A DNA stretch of 64,000 bases, from assembly GCA_951406725.2 (NCBI GenBank), contig OX597814.1, forward strand, positions 65,286,001 through 65,350,000. Reading direction: 5' to 3'. Position 1 is the stretch's first letter, and each line of letters begins with the position of its first letter. The position numbers were made by a program, and so were the translations under genes. Positions 38,497 through 52,242 of this stretch are shown here, piece after piece. The notes beneath the pieces were generated by a model. That model searched no databases. It was given only the letters and a program-made list of their open reading frames with translations, and was not told where the DNA came from. Source of the stretch: Octopus vulgaris. Taxonomy: Eukaryota.

Positions 38497-40567
38497 GTGT
38501 GAGTGTGGATTTTGGAATGTATGTTTCATTTTGCACGTGTGTGGGTGTTTTTGCGTGGTTATGTGAGTAACTGTCTATTTATTTAATATCTCGCCACAGA
38601 GCTAGAGAGATGTAACCTGTGAAGAAGGAACGCGTCAGGGTGGTAAGCATTACAAGGTTTGTTTATCTCTGCAGAGATTCGCGTCTGCATGCAAACAAGC
38701 AGATTAGATGCGCATGTGCAAGTACATGTTCCTGGTATGAGAGGACAACATTTGGCAATCATAAGAAAACGCCTCCAAAGATACTAGGAAATACAGAGGA
38801 AGGGAAAGACACAGAAAAATATAAACGTACAATTTTAAAAACAAAATATAGTCATCCCTGCAAAACGTCATACAGATGTATTGTACAAACACACAATATA
38901 CATCCATACACACATTTACGAACACGCAGGCATACACACACGCATTTCTCTATAGGCATAAACATATATGTATATGTGTGTGTGTATGCATGCATATATA
39001 AAAATGTATATACATTATCTATATGCAAACATATGCATACATATATATATATCAATAAATATACACATATATATATGTGTGTGTGTGTGTTTTGTATGTT
39101 TGTATTATATGCATGTATGTATACAAACAAACACTTAATTGTGTTTGAACATTCCTTTGTCGATATGAGGTGCATGTTTTTGATTTGGATCACGTGGGTG
39201 TGAGTGAACATAAGTCAGAAATTACCACGATATAATATATACCTGTGTGTGTGTGTATGTGTGTTTTTATGTGTATGTGCACATGTTTGTGTGTATGTGT
39301 CATTGCGTATAAGTGTGCAAGTGCGTATGCATGTGTATTACAAATCATTTAAAAATAAATTGGAGACAAAGAACATATCAAGGAAGAGACAGACTAGCAC
39401 ATTTGTTTGTTTATGGTGATTCTCTTTTCCGTACATGCATGTTTAATTAACTTACTTCTTGATGTTGTTATTTTTCCATTTCCTTCCCATCACTTCTCTT
39501 TATGGACACACATACATACTCACACATAATTTCACGTACACAGACACACACAAACACGCATTCACATATGCGCGCTGCACGCGCACATACACAAACAAAC
39601 ACAAGCGAGACATACACGAATTAGAAGAGAAAAAAAAGAAAAGCAAAGAAAAAGACCTAAAATGAATACATCCAGATGTCAGTATCTAAAATTTATTGCC
39701 AATTCAGAAGATCGGTCTAGCCTGCCTGTGTAATTTTTTAAATTCAAATCACGCTGGGTTAATCGTATTCTTTCATCTTTTTCAGATCAATAACTATCTT
39801 CCTCCCGAGTCATGTTGTCATTTATCTTATTGGAAATAACTGTCAAATCTTCATCAAAGACAAACAGGATAACGTACTTCTATATAAGTTATACTTGAAA
39901 AATAATATTTTAAGATTATAGTTGTTACATCTTTGGTTATATATGTAATAAACAGGGACGGCAGTGACATTGCATAAGCGAACCCTTGTTCAGGTTAACA
40001 CTCAAGCGAATTTAACATTATCAAACAACTGCTTAATATATAGAAGTGAATCTATTAGTTAAAAATGATATAATTCAATGTAATCAACATATTGGTCGAA
40101 AGTATTAATCTTATAATTGAAAATGTTCCAAATGACAGTAGCATACCAGATACATTGAAACACTGGGAAAATGCCGTACAATATTTGTTTCAGCTATTTA
40201 CGTACTAATTTCATTTGCCACAGATGTTGACCTTCATCCTTTCCGATTCCATTTATATCCAAAGGTATATACGATTCCATCGATTAACCCTTCATCCCAC
40301 TTTCGTGACAACATGCTTCATTGCGAACTTCAGAGCTCAGAGCTTCCTCAGTCTTTCTCCTTTCCTTTCATTCCTCTTTTTCAATTTGCGAAAGAACTAA
40401 CGTTTGAGACGGTAAAACAATCCATACTCATTTCATGTACTCTTCTAAGCGATAAACCAATACTGTATATTCCATCCTTTAATCTTTCTAATGGGCTCTT
40501 TTAGTTTTAGGAGATTTGAGTTTACATTAAACTTATACATGTATATTTAGATATAACACACACACAT

Positions 40568-40625
<58 letters not shown>

Positions 40626-40818
40626 TTGTATACATAGTTAGATAAATAGAAATATAGGCATATTATAGATATGCATGTCTGTTCGTGCATTTATTATTTT
40701 ACGTTGCTGTATGCATGTCGGAATGTTCATATGTATATATTCGTATACACTGGCATACATTATCTATCTATCTATTTATCTATCTTTCGGTCTTTCTGTC
40801 TCTTTTCATTTCTATATA

Positions 40819-40884
<66 letters not shown>

Positions 40885-40966
40885 TAAACATATTTGGAAA
40901 TGGATGCGTGGCGTTCAATCATATAATAATATAAGTAATATATACATATATATATATATATATATT

Positions 40967-41016
<50 letters not shown>

Positions 41017-41041
41017 ATATACAGACATATATGTACATGCT

Positions 41042-41091
<50 letters not shown>

Positions 41092-41092
41092 T

Positions 41093-41318
41093 ATATGGAT
41101 ACAGGACGTCATTAAACGTAAACAACACGAAATAAGAGAACATTTCGAGAAATGTGGAGTAGATGAAGAACACCCGACAACAGATGAAGGGTTGTTCTTT
41201 ATATTACATGTCTTGTTTTCCATTTGATTCTTTCGTTGTTCGCAAAAAAATTTCGTATTCCATGTTTTCGTATTTCGTATTTTATGTTGTTTACGTTTTA
41301 TAACATCGTGTACCCATA
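41093..41318. mobile_element. Repeat family H2 copy with inverted termini, inserted in (TA)n
   Basis: TATGGATACAGGACGTCATTAAACGTAAACAACA ... TGTTGTTTACGTTTTATAACATCGTGTACCCATA. Confidence 0.6.
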
Positions 41319-41373
41319 TATGCATATGTATATACATATGTATGTAAGTATGTACATATATGTATGTATATAT

Positions 41374-41472
<99 letters not shown>

Positions 41473-41511
41473 TGTATAAGAATTTTTTGCGTGCGCGCGT
41501 TTATAAACAAC

Positions 41512-41712
41512 AGTTTCAGTCATTGGACTACAGCCATGCTGGTTCACTACCCTGAAGTATTTACAACAAATTGCCCTCGATCTTTACTTCTTTCTAAAGC
41601 CTGGTATTTATACATTTGTTCTTTTTATGTCAAACCGTTAAGTTACGCGAACGTAACCAGCCCATCGCCGCTTAGCGAGCGATGGCGCAGGACAAATACA
41701 AACACACACACA

Positions 41713-41776
<64 letters not shown>

Positions 41777-41922
41777 GGGCTTCTTTCAGTTTCTGCCAAC
41801 CAGGACTTTGGGCAGCCCGGGGGTTTAGTAGAAGACACTTGCTCAAGATGTCGCAAAGTAGCACTGACCTTGAACCATATGATTGGGAAACATGCTTTTT
41901 TATCACCAGTCATTCCTGCGCC
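41512..41922 (-). mobile_element. SINE family A (diverged)
   Basis: Reverse complement of the 16644-17036 organisation, ends CCTGCGCC. Confidence 0.75.
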
Positions 41923-42994
41923 CATCACAGCCATGTCTCTCTACATATGTGTGTGCGCTTGTGCGTGTGTGTGTTTCTGTTTGGGTTTGTATACGCACGC
42001 ACACACGCACATATGTATACATACACTCACATGTGTATGTAAATATATGGGTTTATAAAAACATACGGCTTGTATTAATAGTCCCGCGATTTTATTATTA
42101 ATTCAATCATACTGATTTTTGCCATGGACCGGTTGCATTTGGGATTTATACTTCAATCAGAAAATCTCTCTGAAAGGAAGGAGAAACACGATGGGTAAGT
42201 TCCACGCACTTGCAAATGCATTATGAATCGCATTAATGCTTTCTGGGCACCATTGTACAATTGATTATTATCAGAATAAAAACAATATTGATATAATTGT
42301 CGCAAATTTCTCTTAGTGCTTTAACACTGCCAACACACATTGATACATGCATGTAGTTGAAATTTCTAGAATATAGAAGTATGTGCAAAAAACACGCAAT
42401 GACCCAACAACAGTAGCACATGCTACATAATTCCAATCTACGTGGATACGAAAACGCATAGGTATACATTTCGCTTACAAACTCACACACTCATATAAAA
42501 CACACATGGATATTTATATGTATACATACATACATACATACACGTTTCCATACACACATAGTGTCTGAGTGCTTTTGCGATGGAAACGTACTTGCAGAGA
42601 ACTTATGTGCATGTACAGGATCTTATAATTGCATCTGTTAACCATCTCAGTGCATAATAGATGAAAGCTAATAGATACAAAAGGTCGTTTGTATTTACAT
42701 ATAAGCATTCACTCCTGAATAGCTGGATACACAACACATGTGAAAGGACTCCGCTATGTAAGCGTGACTTAGGAAACCACGCCTTTTGTGAAAGAGTAGT
42801 GAGACAGACAATAAAATTGAATGAGTCTATTGCTGCACCTGTATGTTTGTGTGTGTTTATTTTTATTTACTTTTCAAGAATGGGCACTTACTAATCAACT
42901 TGTGTACACAATGATCATAGATAGCATCCGCGCTTAGTGACAAATACACACACACACATACTTGCATATACGTTTTCAGATATATTTCTTCCTT

Positions 42995-43030
<36 letters not shown>

Positions 43031-43061
43031 ATGAATACATATGTGTGTGTATGTAGGTATA

Positions 43062-43448
43062 TCCTTTCTACAAGGTCACGAATTTATGAGGAGGGGGATA
43101 GTCAATTACATCGACTCCACCACTTCACTGGTACTTAATTTATCGACCCCGAAAGGATGGAAGGCATAGTCGACCTCCGCGGAATTCGAACTCAGAACGT
43201 AGCGGCAGATGCAATAACTATTTCTTTACTACCCACAAGGGGCTAAACACAGTAAGGACAAACAAGGACAGACAGACAGATTAAGTCGATTACATCGACC
43301 CTAGTGCGTAACTGGTACTTATTTAATCGACCCCGAAAGGATGAAAGGCAAAGTCGACATCGGCGGAATTTGAACTCAGAACGTAACTGCAGATGCAATA
43401 CTGCTAAGCATTTCACCCGACGTGCTAACGATTCTGCCAACTCACCGC
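43062..43448 (-). mobile_element. Two tandem SINE family B copies (partial 43062-43215, full 43218-43448)
   Basis: Repeated GGTACTTA...TCGACCCCGAAAGGATGRAAGGCA.AGTCGAC...GGAATTYGAACTCAGAACGTA. Confidence 0.85.
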
Positions 43449-43963
43449 TTAAACCTTTTATAAATTAGTTGAATTAAGTATAGATTTCCATAGTACCATT
43501 TGTTCTTGTGTGATTTGTATTGAATTTTGGAAAAAAAAACGTATATTTTCAGTTCATTAACAGATGATGTGAAATCGTTAATAGTAGTTGCAAATATCTT
43601 CCCAAATTTGAACAGTTGTATATTTTCATATTCGAAAAATGTTACATCAAAATAATCTGCATATTGGCCTTTGTCAGAATTCGACTGTTCCTTGTTTGTT
43701 TTTTTTTATCATGTTAAATTTTCAATGCCTCCTCAAATGTTACGATTTCAATCAGCTTCAAATTGATCAACCCTTGTCCTATTTGGAGCGTTAGCGGAGT
43801 CTGACAATAAACTAACATCTGCTGAAACTAATCTATTTTATAAACCCAGATGTTAGAAAATAGGTATATAATTGGTAATTTAATGATAAAATAGGTTACG
43901 TGACAAAATGAATACACAATTTAATACTTACTTTATATCATATGCCAGCTAATTGTCAATTTC

Positions 43964-45189
43964 CTACATATGCACATCATATTCATTCACTACTTCCTTT
44001 TTGAAGTTGAATCTACTCGTATATCTACGATGACAAGTCTCATCCACTACATCTTTAATAAGTTTAGCTTTCGGCTCCCAAGAAATGCATGACGTTCCCA
44101 TTCTTGTCGCTTGTTTTGTGAGTAGACTATCGGTGATCGTTTCGGCCTTCAACCTATTAGTGAACTTTGTCTTTGTGCAATTTATTTGGGGAAATATGCG
44201 CTCCACGCACGCTGATGAATGAGGTAACAACGTTAAGTTAGTCATGAGTTGTGACAGCCTTTCAAATTTAGAGAAATCAAGCCAGTTTTGGAGATTGCGT
44301 ATGGAATACCGGAATTCAGGGATACTTTTTGAGGAAACAGGAATATCTTTATATTTCCGAAATAATCTGCATTCAGCGTCTAGTTCATCAAGTGTGTTTT
44401 CTGGTGCAATTGCTGGAAAGTTTGAAGCCAAGGGAATTATCGAGTGAAGAGAGTTAGTGAGATCGCGCGCTACTTTTGGATCAAGTATTTCTAAGAGGGC
44501 CAACACACCAGCTTCATCATTTTTAAGTGAGCGCATAATTTTATTAAAAAAAGTTTTGCAATCAGTTTTGAATCACCAACAAGCTGAGTCACCAGCGATG
44601 AGGTTTTGTTCTAGATATCTCATTGCGCGTCCATCGAGGTAAATATCACTCATATCTTTGTGATTTGTTGTGTTACTAAGATCGATATTTGATAATTTAG
44701 ATAAAGCTAAAACATCCTCTTTTATAAAACAACTAAGGATACTTTTATATTCACTGGGTAAGAGTGTATGCAACAGATGCAGTCGAAAGTGTTCCGATTG
44801 AAACTCGATATTAAGAACATTTACTTTCTTTAATATATAATGTAAGAAGAGCAGAATGTGCTTCGTCCCTTTGTTAATCATTGCTTCAGAGATTCTTTTT
44901 GCTCCGTCCACTTTTCTACTTTAGCCTCATACTGAAAATAAAGTACAAGGGTATCTCACTGTTCTATTATGACGTTGATTACATTTTCACCATTTTCTAC
45001 TACAATTGTATCCAGAAGAGCACCCTTGACATTAAGCGATTGTTCATAAAAGAAAAAAAAACGAAGAACTATTGCTAAGATTTGTGTCACTGAGATGTCC
45101 ATACTCTAATCTCTCAATACTGAAAACTCTTGTTTCTTGAGAATTTCCAAGATTTCATTTCGTTCATAATGTGCAAGTAAGTTTTGCAT
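43964..45189 (-). pseudogene. hAT-family transposase remnant
   Basis: LKKQEFSVLRD*SMDISVTQILAIVLR (first catalytic D region), LNIEFQSE, LDP, and C-terminal dimerisation motif LLPHSSACVERIFPQINCTKTKFTNRL. Possible GTAAGT..TTTCAG intron at 43931-43822 downstream. TIRs not identified. Confidence 0.85.
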
Positions 45190-45399
45190 AATGTATGTTT
45201 ATTTAGGTTTTTCATTTGTAGATATTTAGCTATGAATTTATCGCTAAATTCATTATGGGGTATGATTATGAATGATATATAGAAAGTTTACCAAGTGTTG
45301 GAAGAGGTGCAACTTTGGTACATACTGCATGCAAAGAGTATGACACCGAATTCTCTTTAAAAGATAAGTTTACTGCCAAAGCTAGCTCACAAACCCAGA

Positions 45400-46130
45400 T
45401 TTAATGTAAATATGGAAATTAAAACCCATAAACACAACATTGCTCCAAAAAATCCAGACGTGGGTGGAAAAACCCATCAGGGGCATCCCTGCTTCCGACA
45501 ACAAAAGAACAAGAAAAGATCTCCACTTCATACACGTCTTACACGAGCGGCACTCAGCTTGCACCCTCGCCATATCTTCAAAGATGGACCTTGCTATCAC
45601 TGAGGATCTCTCCTAACAATCCTATCTTTGGCACTGCTAGGACCGACTGCGAAAGACTGAACCTTCTCTTCAATAGCAGCTAACATGTGATGCTCAGAAC
45701 GGGTATCATCACCGGGTGACATATGAAACGGTGCTGCTTCCTCTCACACAGATATCTTGGGCTGCATCCAAAGAAGAAGCATTCGACTGATTGGTATTCA
45801 ATCACTAATGGATAAACTTAAGCCTTTGGTATACAGACATACTGTCTCCTTTATAGTTTCTATCAAATGATATGTTCCTTTTGTATGTCCTCATTCAGGC
45901 AACTTCAAACCTCTGTCTTTCCACTTTAATTTACAATTATTGCGTCCATTTCCCTACTCCACAACGTCTCTCACGAACCGCCTAAGTCAGGTCATTCCTT
46001 TCCAAAACAACTGCTCTCACAATCATCGCTCTGTTCATGTCGCTCATGCAAGTGTTTACCTGCAACAGTTTCGATGGAAAATTAACAACATAAAGCTCAC
46101 GGAACTTACCTACAAAGGTAATGAGCACTG
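45400..46130 (+). mobile_element. CR1/Jockey-like LINE ORF2 C-terminal remnant
   Basis: LAITEDLS*, I*NGAASSHTDILGCIQRRSIRLIGIQSLMDKLKPLVYRH, SFLSKTTAL; typical post-RT region. Confidence 0.6.
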
Positions 46131-46245
46131 CGCCTTATTCTAGATTAAATATTTTAAAATATGACGAAATGAATATAGAATTTATTTATGAATCATCTTA
46201 GAGATAATGAAGGAGAATGATATTGAATCACACGCACACGCATAA

Positions 46246-46332
<87 letters not shown>

Positions 46333-46921
46333 TACACACACACAAACACTGTGGACAAACTCATACATACACATATATGTAGAATGACATATCTATGCCA
46401 CAAGCTATGTATTCTTTGTAGTATTAACTGTCAAGAAAGTTTGCTCTGCTGTGTATGGTAAAAATGATTATCAAATATTGTGGTTTAACACAAAACTTAG
46501 ATGTCACAATTCTGAATAGTTATTATAATTCCTTTTTATATGTGTTTGTCTAAGTAAGAATGAATATTTGTATATATGTCGATGTAGTATTTGTTTTTTT
46601 GTTTTTGTTTTTTTGGTGTTTTTTTTTCAGGTCGTAAACAACGAAACATTCTAAAAAGGGAAAAAATATAGACAGCACTAACAGAAATAATAATGAAAGT
46701 ATAAGGAAAATATTTACGGAAAAAAGGAAAATTAAAATGATGATTAAAATGTTTGATATCTGTAAAGAAATAAACGCCACAGTTGTTGGTGGCATATATG
46801 CATATATACAGATAAACCGACATACTTGCGCGCACACATGAATATATGTATGTGTTGTATGTGTATGTTTGTTCACATATATATTTTTTTATATATACAC
46901 GCTAAACATATAAACATACGC

Positions 46922-46995
<74 letters not shown>

Positions 46996-47603
46996 TGTAT
47001 GTATATATATATATATATATATATGCAGAAAGACTGAGATAAAGAGGTAAGTGGGAGAAAACAGAAATGAGATTGCGTGAACGTAGTTGTAGGTGGAAAA
47101 AAAGAGAAAAAGAGAATTTTGAATGTCAAAATATAAATAAAAGGTGTCAGTAGAGATTGTAACGTAAACAGAATAAGTAAATCTTCAAAAACTATTGTTC
47201 GATGAAAATGTGAATTCGCAAAAACGATCTTGTATATATAAATTATTGTTTACACATACATATTTGCATATTCAACAACAATTGAGGAATGGCCTTAATA
47301 GGCCATTCGACCCACTAGAAAGAGCATCCAGGACTCAAACCGCCAAGTAGTAGTAATTCAGAAATTAAAGGTAAATTTAAAAACATTTACCCTAATTCAT
47401 CTTTAGACAATGCATTGTTTCGGTGTTTTTAATGGCAAACCAGCTTAATTAAATTAAATTAAACTAAGTCAATCCACCAAAGGCTACACCTCATCGGTAA
47501 AGAAGCCAAGGAGGGACAGATATACACGAGACAGCTGATTCTATGCCCTAGGAATATCTGCCCTAAAATTTTCAAAACTATCGTACTCGCGCCAACTTAT
47601 CAG

Positions 47604-47651
<48 letters not shown>

Positions 47652-47689
47652 CTTCATTCTTTCTGGCTTCCTCACAACCATTCCCCTTT

Positions 47690-48170
47690 TTTTGTCTCCC
47701 TTTTTCTTGCTCCTAATCCTCCCTCCCGTCGTTGACCCGCGACGAGAGCTCTGCTACTGTCTTTCTGACCTGGCTTCCTTGAAGTGTTGACGGCATTTTC
47801 TGTTGCTCCTTCTCGTTCGGCTTAACAGCCCTTCTTGTCTTGTTATTCTCCTACTCATGTCTTTTACTGTCGTTACTGTCCTGTTTTTGTTACCATTTTT
47901 AACCCTCCGCAAAAAGATCTCAAATTTTATTTAATTTGCTTTTCGCGGGAAGGAAAGTTTCAAATGAAGATGCGTATCGCCTTCACCTTCGAAACGCAGA
48001 GTATATGAAACCATGGCGACTGAAGAAGGGGAATTTTCCTTGTGTTATTTGTCCTGTACTCTACTTTCCGTTGTTTAAGAAAAATGTCCAGTTCCTTGGT
48101 TTTGTGCTTATGTTTTCGTTTCTCATTGTGTTCGGAGGTTTTTTGTTTTTGGTGTCCTGTACCCATATAT
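47690..48170 (+). mobile_element. Repeat family H2 relative with degenerate hammerhead at 47957-48011
   Basis: GTTTCA-A-ATGAAGA-...-GAAAC-GCAGA-GTA-TA-TGAAAC (stem I GTTTCA/TGAAAC; C3 mutated); ends GTCCTGTACCCATA. Confidence 0.5.
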
Positions 48171-48265
48171 GCTTGTATATATACATGTAGAGGTAGGTAC
48201 GTACATATATGTATGTATATATGCATATGTTTTATTTATTAATTTATTATATATATATATATTTA

Positions 48266-49012
48266 CCAACTAAATGTGGCTGTGCCATAGAGGACGACGT
48301 TACTGTTGCTTTTAGCCCCAGGAAGACAACATGTCCAGCTCGCTAACAACACACTGTGTGCATCCGATTAGCATTTGCGAGAGGATGTCATCATTCCCAT
48401 CTCTCTAGCCTTACGTGAAATACACAGACCTGTGTATCTGGGTTGTTACCCGTCTTCAGTGTGTGATAATCACCAGCAAGTGATGAAAACTCATTTCACT
48501 GGCAGAATGCTATATCTTTTTTCCAACGACAAACTGTCGCTGATCTCGAAATAGGAGAAATAAGCTATACTAAATCTCTGAGCGAGAGGTAAACAGTAAA
48601 CGGTACGGAATAGTAAAATATCTTTGACAACTAAATGAGATTTAATGTAGCTTACTTCTTCTTTTAGGAGATGAGCGACAGTTTGTTGCTGAAAAAAAAA
48701 TGACATAGTAGTTTGCGAGTGGAATGAGGTTTTATCATTAGCTGATGATTATCACACACTGAAGACGGGTAACTACGCTGAAACGCGGATCTGCGTGCAT
48801 CAAGTAAGTCTAGAGAACAGAGCGATGAACTCCCCTCGCAAATACTAATTGGACACAGACAGTGTGTCTTTGGCCAACTGGAGGAGATGTCTTCCTGGTA
48901 CTTAAAACTATAACAGCATCGTCCTCTGTGGTATCGTCACGTTTAGTTGGCGAATGTATTTTACGATTCCATACTTTTACTGTTTACCATTCGCTCAGAT
49001 ATTTAATATAGC
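48266..49012. mobile_element. Inverted pair of circularly permuted 361-bp monomers carrying a hammerhead-like core (retrozyme/PLE-like)
   Basis: Left monomer (minus) has CAACTAAAT at 48267 and 48628; right monomer (plus) has GAKATTTAATRTAGC at 48637 and 48998; both periods are 361. Core CTGAAGA-CGGGTAACTACGCT-GAAAC-GCGGATCTGC-GTG at 48759-48797. Confidence 0.7.
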
Positions 49013-49185
49013 GTGGGTATATATAGCGAACAACGAGACAAACAAATGGAAAACAAGTCAAGTAACAAAAACGATCTTTCATAAGTTGTCGGCTGTCCAT
49101 CTACTCCTCTTTTCAAGCAATTAACGACAACTGTATGTATGTATGTATGTATGTATGTATGTATGTATGTATGTATGTATGTATG

Positions 49186-49226
<41 letters not shown>

Positions 49227-49275
49227 GCATATACCCACATATACATATACTTGCATATACATACATATACATATA

Positions 49276-49389
49276 CTTTTATTCTTATATTCTTTTACTT
49301 GTTTCTGTTATTTAACTGCGGCCATGCTGGAGCACCACCTTTAGTCGAACAAATCGCCCCCAGGATTTATTCTTTGTAAGCCTAGTACG

Positions 49390-49425
<36 letters not shown>

Positions 49426-49605
49426 TACATACATATATATATATACGACGTGCTTGACGTGCTACTTTTCGATTCCGTCTACCAAATCAATTCATGAAGA
49501 TTTGGTCGGCCCGAGGCTATAGTAGAAGCCACTTGCCCAAGTGGGACTGAACCCAGAACCATGTGGTTGGGAAGCAAGCTTCTTGCAACACAGCCACTCC
49601 TGCGC
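49276..49605 (-). mobile_element. SINE family A (internal deletion)
   Basis: Reverse complement of SINE A tail and head. Confidence 0.8.
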
Positions 49606-49626
49606 GTATACACACACACATACTTG

Positions 49627-49665
<39 letters not shown>

Positions 49666-49688
49666 ACATACATACATACATACATACA

Positions 49689-49720
<32 letters not shown>

Positions 49721-49806
49721 AATACAGAACCAAATATTTCTATGCACACATAAACGCTATTATTTCAGATCTGCTACTACCTACTGAGCCTTCACAAAGG
49801 AAAAGA

Positions 49807-49890
<84 letters not shown>

Positions 49891-50065
49891 TACAGACAAA
49901 AAAAGGAAAATGTCCTGCTTGAAGGTCTATATATATACATACATACACATATATATGTATATATATATATATATATATACATATACATACATATATACAA
50001 ATATATATATATTCTTTCATACACATACGCGCACACACAGATATATATATATATAGGCGTGTGTG

Positions 50066-50141
<76 letters not shown>

Positions 50142-51295
50142 TATATAAAAAGTTCATGTAAAAAGAAAATTCTATTCATATAAACAAGATAGTTTTTGAT
50201 TTTGGAAATGAAAAGAGATGTCTTACAGGAAGAGCAGCGCAAAACAATAATAAAATTAATAAATAATGCTTCCATTTGATAATTAAACATCTCATAGTTG
50301 TACATCTTATTAAAAGGTGCTTGACCTTAAGTATCCCACAGTTAATATTGTCTTTAATACAAAACCAGCTTAATTGCATATGTATAAAATTATTCAGAAG
50401 TAGAGGAATTGAGCTGAAGTGTGAGAACTAATTAAGACATTGTTACAGGCTAAAATGTAAACAACAGATGGAATTTCTTAGATGTGATCGTTTCCTAAAT
50501 GACATTAATACAAAGAAAAACTGTCAGTTGTAATGTGAACAAACTGTAGTAATTTTCTCTAAAGCTGATGATGAAATTTAATTTTACTATAACGTAAGCA
50601 AAATGTTTAAGTAACATAGAAGCATATGTTTTGATAATCCTAGTTCACGTCTCGCATTAGATTCACATTTAACACAATTTCATTTTTACTTTGCTACTCA
50701 AGTAGCGATTATGGAATCCTAATTTCACTAAATATACAACGTTAATGCCAACGCTTTGAAAAACTAGCTTTGACACATTCGGAAAATACAGGTGAGTCAC
50801 CGAAGCATTTGGCTACAGTAAAGTTTATGACTATATTTTGTGAGTTCTATTTAAGTTAATTTGGAATCAGTTCCTTCTAATTATAACTTTGATAAGTACA
50901 TACACTGTTTTGGGAAAAAATAAAGTATTAACACAGTTTTGTTGAGAAAGGATTATTTAATGGGAAAATATCAAAATTAATTGGTAATGTCGCATATACA
51001 GGGAAAAATACATATCTCTCTTAGTGGGAGGAAGAAGATCAAAGCAGGAAAGAGAAAGAGGATGTTAAGGAAATAACAGTGAACCAGACCAACGAGTTCC
51101 TACATAACTTGAATATATATGTCATGCCGCATTTTACAGTTGCATACCGAAGTGAAATTTCCACTTATTCTTTCCAGGACCAATTATTCAAAAGCGCAAT
51201 GTAGGAACATCCGTCATTGCAGCATAATTTGTTGGAGTCTCGGACTACATACCCCACTTACTGGTTTTCCCTAAATTTCTTTGAATTCCAATATT

Positions 51296-51801
51296 TAATT
51301 AGATGCAGATATGCATCGTTAACCAGATAGAGGAGATGTCCTCTTGGGGGTTAAAAAATCGCATTAAATCCGTTCGAATGGACAGTAATGTTGAAGTGTC
51401 TACGAACATTACTTGTTAGTACAATTGCTGCGTTGATCTCTTACATTTTAGAACTAGCATTTTTGCTAGATGCAAAATCAGCGACTGTAAGTCGCTTGAA
51501 ATTATAAATATTGCCATCTCTAGCAGACGAGATTTCCAGTACTGAAGAGAGACAGAAGTAGCCGAAAACCAGGTTGGTCAGCTGGACCTGTCACTAGAAG
51601 GTGGTAGTGGTTCCCTCCCTTGTTAGCAATATCTCGGATGCCGCTTAGCATTGTTGACAAGCTAGAGGAGATGTCCTCTTGGGGTTAAAAATCGCAGTAC
51701 ACTCTAATCTAACAGACAGCTATGCTGAAGTAGCTATGAACATTACTTGATAGTACAACTACTGCGTTGATCTCTTAGAGATTTTAGAAATAGCATTTTT
51801 G
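51296..51801 (+). mobile_element. ~1.5 tandem copies of a 335-bp unit with a degenerate hammerhead (51536-51585)
   Basis: TAGAGGAGATGTCCTCTTGGGG at 51328 and 51663; CCAGT-A-CTGAAGA-GAGACAGAAGTAGCC-GAAAA-CCAGGTTGG-TC-AGCTGG. Confidence 0.6.
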
Positions 51802-51994
51802 TTTGTTGAAAAACTTAAAAAGTTCTTTGGTGTGATGGTATGAGTACATTCATGTAATACCGCTTCTATCACTAATATATATGTATATATGTGTGTGTGT
51901 GTGTGTGTGCGTGAGTGGTTGTGTGTGTCTGTATGTATCTATGTATGTATGCATGTATGTATGTATTATGTATGTGTGTGTATATGTATGTATG

Positions 51995-52181
51995 TAGAGA
52001 GAAATTACAAAAAAAAATGACGGGTGTGTAAACAACAAACACATGTATTAGTTCAACGCTCGGGAAGTGAGAAAGTCTTTTATGTTTCGAGCCTACGCTC
52101 TTCAACAGAAAGGAACACAGAAATAAACACGGAGAGAAAATAGAAAAAGGTTTAGCGGCTACCGATCTATCATGGCGAATA
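51995..52181 (-). mobile_element. Repeat family H1 copy 3; hammerhead motif at 52077-52112
   Basis: Minus strand CTTT-CTGTTGA-A-GAGCGTAGGCTC-GAAACATA-AAAG (stem III G mutated). Confidence 0.7.
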
Positions 52182-52189
52182 TATGTATG

Positions 52190-52239
<50 letters not shown>

Positions 52240-52242
<3 letters not shown>

